Assembly: GCA_964515005.1 (NCBI GenBank) | Contig: CAZEVT010000003.1 | Span: 12,815-76,814, forward strand | From: an uncultured Gammaproteobacteria bacterium | GTDB taxonomy: Bacteria > Patescibacteriota > Microgenomatia > UBA10105 > UBA927 | Direction of reading: 5' to 3' | Length of the DNA stretch: 64,000 nucleotides | Shown here: in pieces, positions 58,214-64,000 of the stretch | Layout of the letters: the number at the start of each line of letters is the position of its first letter | Position numbering within the stretch: the first letter of the stretch is position 1 | Translations under genes and position numbers: made by a program | Notes under the pieces: model-generated | Database searches by the model: none | The model's input: only the letters and a program-made list of their open reading frames with translations | Told to the model about the DNA's origin: nothing

Positions 58214-59833
58214 ATGACCAACCTCGATAGTATTGTTGCCCTTGCCAAACGCCGCGGTTTTATTTACCCCGGATCAGAAATCTACGGAGGTCTTGCAAAC
58301 GCTTGGGATTATGGTCCTGTAGGGGTTGAACTGAAAAACAACATTAAAAATTTATGGTGGAAAAAATTCGTTCATGGGCGCGATGATATCGTTGGGCTCG
58401 ATGCTGCCATAATGATGAATAGAAAAGTATGGGAAGCCTCTGGTCACGTCAACAATTTTACTGATCCGTTAGTGGAATGCCTAAATTGTCATTATAGGGA
58501 TAGGGTTGATCAGATATTGCCAACAGATAAGTTGGTAAATTTTAGAAGTATTGTTTTGAGTGATATCGAAAAACAACAAAAAAAATTAAATGATAGTCTT
58601 GCCGGAATAACGAGTATTCCAAAAGTTATTGAAAGAATCGAATCAGCAACATATTTGAATGAAGCGCAAAAAAGAGAATTTATTAAATCGTTAAAAGGGG
58701 TAAAAGATGCGGAATTGAATTCCTCTGTAATTAGTAATACCCGATTGAGCAAAATAATCGAAGACGTAGGAAAGTCATTTAAATATGAGGGTGAATTAAC
58801 TCAATTTATTCTAAATACATATACGCCGTGCCCGAATTGTGAAAGGAAAAACATTTGGACACAGCCTAAAAGTTTTAATTTGATGTTTAAAACAAACATG
58901 GGACCAATTGATGACAGTTCTTCGTTAGTGTACCTTCGTCCAGAGACTGCGCAGGCTATGTTTATAGACTTTAAATCTGTTCTAGACACAACAAGAATGA
59001 CTATTCCTTTTGGAATTGCTCAAATTGGCAAAGCGTTTCGTAATGAAATAACAACAGGAAATTATATATTTAGAACAAGAGAATTTGAACAGATGGAGAT
59101 AGAATATTTTATTCCAGAACCAACAAATAAGAATGATTGGCTAGATTATTTTATCGAGTGGAAGAACGAATTTTACGAATGGTTTAAACTAATTGGTCTT
59201 GATGTAAATAAAATTAAAGAATACGACGTTCCTGAATACGAGCTTGCCCACTATTCTAAAAAGACGATTGATTTTGAATACGAATTTCCCTTTGGATTAA
59301 AAGAACTTTATGGTCTCGCCTATAGAACAAATTTTGATTTAAAAAATCATGAAAGAATGTCAGGTAATATAATGAAATATAGAGATAATCTGACTGCGGA
59401 AGAGTATTATCCTCATGTAATAGAGCCGACTTGGGGTGTAGATAGAACAGTGCTCGCAGTATTATGTGATGCTTATAGGGAAGAAGGAGAGAATGAAAAA
59501 AAACGGATATATTTAAAAATAAAACCTATCTTGGCACCATATAAGATAGCAGTCTTTCCATTAGTTCGTAACAGAGAAGATATAGTCGATAAAGCGCGAA
59601 GTGTTTATAAAAAACTAAAGCAAAAGTATAATGTGATTTGGGATGACAGAGGTAATATTGGTAAACGGTATTATTCGCAGGATGAAATTGGTACACCTTG
59701 GTGTGTTACAGTTGATCATCAGACGCTTGAGGATGATACCGTGACTATCCGCGACCGGGATACGACCGAGCAGGATCGGGTCAATATTTCCAAGCTAACG
59801 GAATATATTGACGAAAGGCTACGCAGCCTGTAA
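58214..59833 (+). CDS. glyQS: Glycine--tRNA ligase, single-chain (alpha2) type
   Basis: RRGFIYPGSEIYGGLANAWDYGP, VGLD.AI, FRNEI and the class II motifs. Includes an internal AT-rich insertion-like segment. Confidence 0.9.
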   Translation: MTNLDSIVALAKRRGFIYPGSEIYGGLANAWDYGPVGVELKNNIKNLWWKKFVHGRDDIVGLDAAIMMNRKVWEASGHVNNFTDPLVECLNCHYRDRVDQILPTDKLVNFRSIVLSDIEKQQKKLNDSLAGITSIPKVIERIESATYLNEAQKREFIKSLKGVKDAELNSSVISNTRLSKIIEDVGKSFKYEGELTQFILNTYTPCPNCERKNIWTQPKSFNLMFKTNMGPIDDSSSLVYLRPETAQAMFIDFKSVLDTTRMTIPFGIAQIGKAFRNEITTGNYIFRTREFEQMEIEYFIPEPTNKNDWLDYFIEWKNEFYEWFKLIGLDVNKIKEYDVPEYELAHYSKKTIDFEYEFPFGLKELYGLAYRTNFDLKNHERMSGNIMKYRDNLTAEEYYPHVIEPTWGVDRTVLAVLCDAYREEGENEKKRIYLKIKPILAPYKIAVFPLVRNREDIVDKARSVYKKLKQKYNVIWDDRGNIGKRYYSQDEIGTPWCVTVDHQTLEDDTVTIRDRDTTEQDRVNISKLTEYIDERLRSL

Positions 59834-59842
59834 GCTGGTTCT

Positions 59843-60301
59843 ATGAACAAGAAAATAGGAATTATTGTTGGAGTTTTAGCACTTCTACTCGTTGTAACCG
59901 GCGTGGTTGTCTACAAGGCGGTGTTTTCCCAAAAACCTGCGGTTGTTGAGGAGGTCATCGATGAACCGTTGCCGCCTGCGGATGCCACAATTTCCGTGGA
60001 GATTACCAAAAGCAAAGTGAGAGAAAATACACTGGTGTTGACGGTTTCGGGATTGGGATCCAACTATTCAACACTTGCATATGAGATAAGCTACGAAACC
60101 CAGGGAGTAGTGCAGGGAGTCACGAGCCAACCGCTTGTTTTATCAGGAAAAGATACGTTTGTGCGGGATGATATCTATCTTGGTACGTGTTCTGGGAAAG
60201 TCTGTAAGCCACATCTAGGAGTCAAAAAGGTTTCGGTCGTTATCGAATTTACCGACTCTTCCGGCCAAAAGAGCCAGTTTTCGAAAGATTATACGCTGTA
60301 A
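59843..60301 (+). CDS. Hypothetical signal-anchored exported protein
   Basis: N-terminal hydrophobic helix, then a Ser/Thr/Val-rich beta-like domain, 152 aa. Confidence 0.35.
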   Translation: MNKKIGIIVGVLALLLVVTGVVVYKAVFSQKPAVVEEVIDEPLPPADATISVEITKSKVRENTLVLTVSGLGSNYSTLAYEISYETQGVVQGVTSQPLVLSGKDTFVRDDIYLGTCSGKVCKPHLGVKKVSVVIEFTDSSGQKSQFSKDYTL

Positions 60302-60495
60302 TGTTTGCCAAAACGTGGTTCGAGATTTTATCGGAATTATTCGTAAACCTTGCAGCCGGTTGGTTTGCAGTGGTATTTATTGAACCGCAGTTCGGCTCTG
60401 TGGGGACTGTTTGGTTCTTGATTCACAGATTTATACTTGGTATGCTTTCATTGTCCTTTGCGAAATTACTTCGCGACGAAAGTAAAAAGCTATGA
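60301..60495 (+). CDS. Small hydrophobic protein
   Basis: 64 aa with 2 predicted TM helices, ATGA-coupled to the flanking genes. Confidence 0.3.
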   Translation: MFAKTWFEILSELFVNLAAGWFAVVFIEPQFGSVGTVWFLIHRFILGMLSLSFAKLLRDESKKL

Positions 60496-60617
60496 TGAAT
60501 TTCAGTCAGATTACAAATAACATTGCCGTTTTATACTCATTGGCATTTATCATTGTGCTTTTAATGTATATTGCCTTTTATAAAAAATCTCCTCGGCAAA
60601 AATCTGGACGGAAATAA
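60492..60617 (+). CDS. Possible 41-aa single-TM micro-protein
   Basis: ATG overlaps the upstream stop (ATGA). The ORF is MMNFSQITNNIAVLYSLAFIIVLLMYIAFYKKSPRQKSGRK. It is not in the ORF track (<60 aa). Confidence 0.2.
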   Translation: MMNFSQITNNIAVLYSLAFIIVLLMYIAFYKKSPRQKSGRK

Positions 60618-60672
60618 GACAAAGACAGTTTTCCAAATATTACTACCTGTAGGCAGTTTAGATTGATAAAAC

Positions 60673-60701
60673 TTGACAAACTAGAGCGTCAAGAGTACTA
60701 T
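60673..60701 (+). promoter_or_regulatory. Sigma70-like promoter TTGACA-N17-TACTAT
   Basis: Exact TTGACA at 60673-60678, a 17-nt spacer, and TACTAT at 60696-60701. ATG 60709 lies 7 nt downstream. Confidence 0.5.
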
Positions 60702-60708
60702 GGGCGAC

Positions 60709-61092
60709 ATGAAGCGCGAGATTGACCTAACGCAGCAAACGTTTTTTAAATCCCGTTTACCCCAAGAAGGACCTCTGTCTGGTGTTAGGTCATATCATTC
60801 CGGAGTGTTTCAGCAAGAAAGTTTGCCAGAATTTGGAATACTTGTTGTAGAAAAAGCAGAGAGGAATTATTTCAAGAAAAAGGTAAAAACTATTCCAGTA
60901 ACTGACATCACTGATCCTGATACTCAGGTATGGTTAACAGGATCGCCTAAAGCACTATCAGTGAAGCTAGCGGAGCCACCTGCCGGATTTGTTCAGGATA
61001 CAGAAGGAGCGAGAATTGCGTTGGAAAAAGGTGGGTTTCTAGAAGAACAGCCAGCGCTTCTTGTAGTTCCTGACAAAAAATTCGACTACTAA
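60709..61092 (+). CDS. Hypothetical soluble protein (probably leaderless; track ORF starts at 60700)
   Basis: A TTGACA-N17-TACTAT promoter overlaps the 60700 ATG. The in-frame ATG at 60709 sits 7 nt after the -10 box, so 60709 is the preferred start. Confidence 0.35.
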   Translation: MKREIDLTQQTFFKSRLPQEGPLSGVRSYHSGVFQQESLPEFGILVVEKAERNYFKKKVKTIPVTDITDPDTQVWLTGSPKALSVKLAEPPAGFVQDTEGARIALEKGGFLEEQPALLVVPDKKFDY

Positions 61093-61172
61093 ATCGCTAA
61101 TTTTCTCCCTAACTCTACAGGTAGCGTATATTTTACCCTCATAACTCAACCTGTTATTTCGTGAAATACCCC

Positions 61173-61235
61173 TTGACATTCCGTGAAAAATGGGTGACTA
61201 TGGATATGGATGGGAAGATATGGTAGAGTTAGGGA
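61173..61235 (+). promoter_or_regulatory. mraZ promoter region with 10-bp-phased TGG(G/A/T) direct repeats (putative MraZ operator)
   Basis: TTGACA at 61173-61178. TGGG/TGGA/TGGG/TGGT/AGGG begin at 61191, 61201, 61211, 61221 and 61231. TAGAGT sits 6 nt before the mraZ ATG. Confidence 0.5.
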
Positions 61236-61646
61236 ATGAAGTTGTTCCTTGGTGAATACGATCATGCACTGGACGATCGGGGCCGTATAACGCTCCCGAG
61301 AAAGATTCGGCAAGAGTTAGGAGACGAAAGGGAATTGGTACTTGCGCGCGGGTTTGATACATGCATTTTTGGGTTTGACCGGTCCAGTTGGGAACGAGAA
61401 GCGGGAAAGCACCTTGAAACACCGGTGACCGATGAAAAAGGAAGGAGTTTGCGCCGCTATCTGTTTTCAGGGGCGCAAAAAGCGGACATAGACAAGCTTG
61501 GTCGTATTCTTTTGCCTGCCCAGCTCAAGGAATATGCTTCGATTTCCCGTAATGTAGCAATCATAGGCGCCGGAGACCATTTTGAGATTTGGGACAAGAA
61601 GAAATGGGACACATATGAAGCCACACATACCGGTTCTCCTGCGTGA
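61236..61646 (+). CDS. mraZ: Transcriptional regulator MraZ
   Basis: Two DxxGR-type half-domain motifs (LDDRGRITLP and IDKLGRILLP), 136 aa, at the head of rsmH-ftsL-ftsI. Confidence 0.9.
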   Translation: MKLFLGEYDHALDDRGRITLPRKIRQELGDERELVLARGFDTCIFGFDRSSWEREAGKHLETPVTDEKGRSLRRYLFSGAQKADIDKLGRILLPAQLKEYASISRNVAIIGAGDHFEIWDKKKWDTYEATHTGSPA

Positions 61647-62406
61647 AGCCGTTGACGGGCTCCAAGTAACCCCAGGGAAGCGTTTTATCGATGCGACGTA
61701 CGGTGGCGGTGGACATGCACGAGAGATTGAGCGGCTAGGTGGGCAAGTGTTGGGAATAGATACTGATCCGGACGCTGGGGCAATACTCGGAAACTTTAGA
61801 AATATTGAAAAAATAGCGATTGAGTATGGATTTGGTGAAGTTGATGGGATCTTATTTGATTTGGGAGTATCGAGCCATCAGCTGGATACGGCAGAAAGAG
61901 GCTTTAGTTATAGGTTCGGAGACGCGCCGCTGGACTCGCGACTCAATCAAAGTGAAGGGATCACCGCCGCGGAATACTTAAAAACAGTGAGTGAAAACGA
62001 ATTATATGAAACTTTGGCAACGTTTGGTGAAGAAGAGCATAGTCGGGCAATTGCTGTTGCTATTATCAGGGCCCGTCACTTAAGTCCGGTGGCAACAACC
62101 GGAGATCTTTTAAAAATTGTCGGCAAAAACGCCGCATCTCGGGTATTTCAGGCACTACGCATTGCCATAAATGATGAGCTTCATGCTCTCAAAGATGGCC
62201 TGCAAGGGGCGAAGGCACTTTTAAAGCCAGGAGGAAGACTCGTTGTTATCAGCTTTCATTCATTGGAAGACCGGATCGTAAAGTTATTTTTACAATCCGA
62301 TGCATGGAAGGTGATAACGAAAAAACCAATAACGCCAAGCGAAGAGGAAATAAGAGAAAATATACGGTCAAGAAGCGCAAAAATGCGGATTGCCGAAAGA
62401 ATATGA
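61615..62406 (+). CDS. rsmH: 16S rRNA (cytosine1402-N4)-methyltransferase RsmH (MraW)
   Basis: HIPVLL.E, DAT.G.GGH and FDLGVSSHQLD signature. The likely start is ATG 61615. Confidence 0.9.
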   Translation: MKPHIPVLLREAVDGLQVTPGKRFIDATYGGGGHAREIERLGGQVLGIDTDPDAGAILGNFRNIEKIAIEYGFGEVDGILFDLGVSSHQLDTAERGFSYRFGDAPLDSRLNQSEGITAAEYLKTVSENELYETLATFGEEEHSRAIAVAIIRARHLSPVATTGDLLKIVGKNAASRVFQALRIAINDELHALKDGLQGAKALLKPGGRLVVISFHSLEDRIVKLFLQSDAWKVITKKPITPSEEEIRENIRSRSAKMRIAERI

Positions 62407-62699
62407 ACATTCTAAGAACCATAGCAAAAACTATCCCGGTATTCGTCATTCTTCTTATCGTGGCCCAGATTATCTGGAGTAATACCCTCGTCGGATCCGG
62501 CCGTGAGGTTCTGGCTATTGATGCTGCCATTTCAGAACTTCGCCAGGCCAACGGTCAGCTCGGCGAACAAGTGGCCTCGGCAAGCAGTCTCGTTACCGTC
62601 GCGGCTAAGTCCAAAGAACTGGGGCTCGTCGAGCCTTCAAAGGGCCAATTTGTTATGATAGGAAGTGAGACCCTGCCTGTGGCTCTTGCCCGCCCGTAA
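62403..62699 (+). CDS. ftsL: Cell division protein FtsL-like (single TM + short coiled region)
   Basis: 98 aa from ATG 62403 (ATGA overlap with rsmH). N-terminal TM, positioned between rsmH and ftsI. Confidence 0.5.
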   Translation: MNILRTIAKTIPVFVILLIVAQIIWSNTLVGSGREVLAIDAAISELRQANGQLGEQVASASSLVTVAAKSKELGLVEPSKGQFVMIGSETLPVALARP

Positions 62700-62708
62700 C
62701 TCTCACTT

Positions 62709-64000
62709 ATGTGGAGGATTTGGTCGCTATTTGCCGCTTTCGCTTTCATTTTCTTTATTATTATCTCCCGTCTCTTTTACTGGCAGATTATCGCGGGTGA
62801 CCGGCTCCGGACCGAGGCGGCGGCGCAGTACAAGCTGCAGCTGACGATTCCGGCGGCGCGCGGCACCATTGCAGACACGGGCGGCAGCCCTCTTGCTATG
62901 AACGAGGAGGCGTATCTGGTCTATGCCCAGCCCAAGGAGATTACCGATATGCTTACGTTTTCCCGTCTGGTTGCGCCAGTTCTGTCTGCTGAAGAGGCGT
63001 CTGTTTCTTCGCAGCTTTTGATTCCCGGCCGCGTCTGGGTACCTTTGGCGCATAAAATTGATAATGAGATTGCGGATGAGCTAAAAAAACTGAATCTTAC
63101 CGGCCTCGGGTTTGAACGGGAAGCAAAACGGTACTACCCCGAGGCGTCGATGGCTGCCCACTTACTGGGATTTGTGGGAGCCGACGAGATAGGGCGCGAT
63201 TTGGGATACTTTGGCCTCGAAGGCTACTATGACCGCGAGCTTCGGGGAAGAGACGGCAGCATTACGCTTGAAAAAGATGTCGCAGGCGCGGCAATTCTGG
63301 TTGGCGACACCAAACGGATTGAAGCAGAAGACGGCCGGTCACTTGTTCTCTGGACCGACCGGACGGTACAACAAATTGTCGAGAAGCGGCTGGCGGCCGG
63401 AATTCAAAAGTACGGCGCCAAGGAGGGGTCGGTGGTCGTCATGGATCCCAAAACGGGCGGGATTCTTGCCATGGCTTCCGCCCCGGGCTACGATCCGGCG
63501 GATTTCAGCGCGTTTGATAAATTGCTCTACAAAAATCCGATCGTTGCATCCGCGTATGAGCCGGGAAGTACGTTTAAAGTGCTTGTGATGAGCGCCGCGT
63601 TAAATGAGAAGGCGGTGAAGGCGGATACGAAAATGAATGAAGACGGGCCAGTGCAGGTGGGAGAATATGCCATCCGCACCTGGAATAACGAGTATCACGG
63701 GCAGCAGTCAATGACGGAAGTCATACAGCACTCATCAAACGTCGGCATGGTATTTGCCGCCCAAAAGCTCGGGAAGGACAAATTTGTGCAGTACCTCCAT
63801 GATTTCGGGATTGGAGAGGCAACGGGCATAGACCTACAGGAGGAAGGTTCACCTGAACTGCGGGATGACCGCGACTGGCGCGAAATCGATCTTGCGACTG
63901 CCGCGTTCGGTCAGGGGGTCGCGGTGACCCCTATCCAGATGGCGCGCGCGGTTGCGGCGATTGCCAATGGAGGAGCCATCATGGAGCCGCATATGGTGCG
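62709..64000 (+). CDS. ftsI: Peptidoglycan D,D-transpeptidase FtsI / PBP (3' truncated by window edge)
   Basis: N-terminal TM, RG.I.D..G..LA, VVVMDPKTGGILAMAS, the STFK active-site motif and the HSSNVG (SxN) motif. The ORF is open to the end of the window. Confidence 0.85.
   Translation, partial: MWRIWSLFAAFAFIFFIIISRLFYWQIIAGDRLRTEAAAQYKLQLTIPAARGTIADTGGSPLAMNEEAYLVYAQPKEITDMLTFSRLVAPVLSAEEASVSSQLLIPGRVWVPLAHKIDNEIADELKKLNLTGLGFEREAKRYYPEASMAAHLLGFVGADEIGRDLGYFGLEGYYDRELRGRDGSITLEKDVAGAAILVGDTKRIEAEDGRSLVLWTDRTVQQIVEKRLAAGIQKYGAKEGSVVVMDPKTGGILAMASAPGYDPADFSAFDKLLYKNPIVASAYEPGSTFKVLVMSAALNEKAVKADTKMNEDGPVQVGEYAIRTWNNEYHGQQSMTEVIQHSSNVGMVFAAQKLGKDKFVQYLHDFGIGEATGIDLQEEGSPELRDDRDWREIDLATAAFGQGVAVTPIQMARAVAAIANGGAIMEPHMV

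Noticed and set aside
1388-62406. Treating the many 4-bp start/stop overlaps as frameshift errors
   Set aside because: Each overlap is the canonical ATGA/GTGA coupling arrangement. The downstream proteins have intact, homology-consistent N-termini. Only the 52246-52260 junction has a homopolymer whose slip would merge two ORFs.
63211-63588. 125-aa + strand ORF and 62727-63053 minus-strand ORF
   Set aside because: Both lie inside the ftsI reading frame region in alternative frames. ftsI motifs (STFK, SSN, KTG-region context) are continuous in frame 62709.
1-64000. CRISPR arrays, rRNA genes, transposase/integrase genes
   Set aside because: No regularly spaced direct repeats, no rRNA-like conserved stretches, and no ORF with transposase or integrase motifs (DDE, tyrosine recombinase R..H..R..Y) were seen. 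The low-GC cassette has no obvious flanking mobility genes.

Overview
This 64 kb window is almost entirely one very large cell-surface glycan biosynthesis locus (about positions 1 to 57,600). It is followed by housekeeping genes (recO, glyQS) and the start of the division/cell-wall cluster (mraZ-rsmH-ftsL-ftsI, with ftsI running off the 3' end). Nearly every gene is on the + strand and many are joined by 4-bp ATGA start/stop overlaps.

The locus encodes:
- at least eleven polytopic membrane proteins that look like GT-C-fold glycosyltransferases (ArnT/PMT-like, PTPS-related/YfhO-like, a three-member unnamed family, and an O-antigen-ligase-like protein fused to a second membrane domain)
- eight GT2 and six intact GT4 glycosyltransferases, plus GT4 'half' genes
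- a priming phosphoglycosyl transferase and a Wzx-like flippase
- a DegT-type sugar aminotransferase and a hexapeptide acetyltransferase
- nucleotide-sugar enzymes: ManC, GDP-mannose 3,5-epimerase-like, GDP-fucose synthase, UDP-glucuronate decarboxylase, GalE and a UDP-GlcNAc 2-epimerase-like protein
- eight predicted SAM-dependent methyltransferases (two FkbM-type; three fused to an N-terminal zinc ribbon)

A lower-GC sub-island at about 19-39 kb, with strand switches, carries most of the methyltransferases and looks like an exchanged cassette. Other sequence-level observations:
- a duplicated two-gene GT-C module
- GT4 genes split exactly at the inter-domain boundary, one with a G5 tract where a +1 slip would restore a full-length ORF
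- a recurring -10-box-N6-ATG arrangement suggesting leaderless transcripts
- a 10-bp-phased TGGN repeat array in front of mraZ
- a 20-bp terminal inverted repeat bracketing the galE-downstream spacer
- a short tandem repeat inside a GT4 gene

No rRNA, tRNA or CRISPR was found. Gene content and style (single-chain GlyRS, short RecO, dense overlaps) suggest a Patescibacteria/CPR-like organism, but that is inference only. All family assignments rest on motif recognition by eye; no searches were run.
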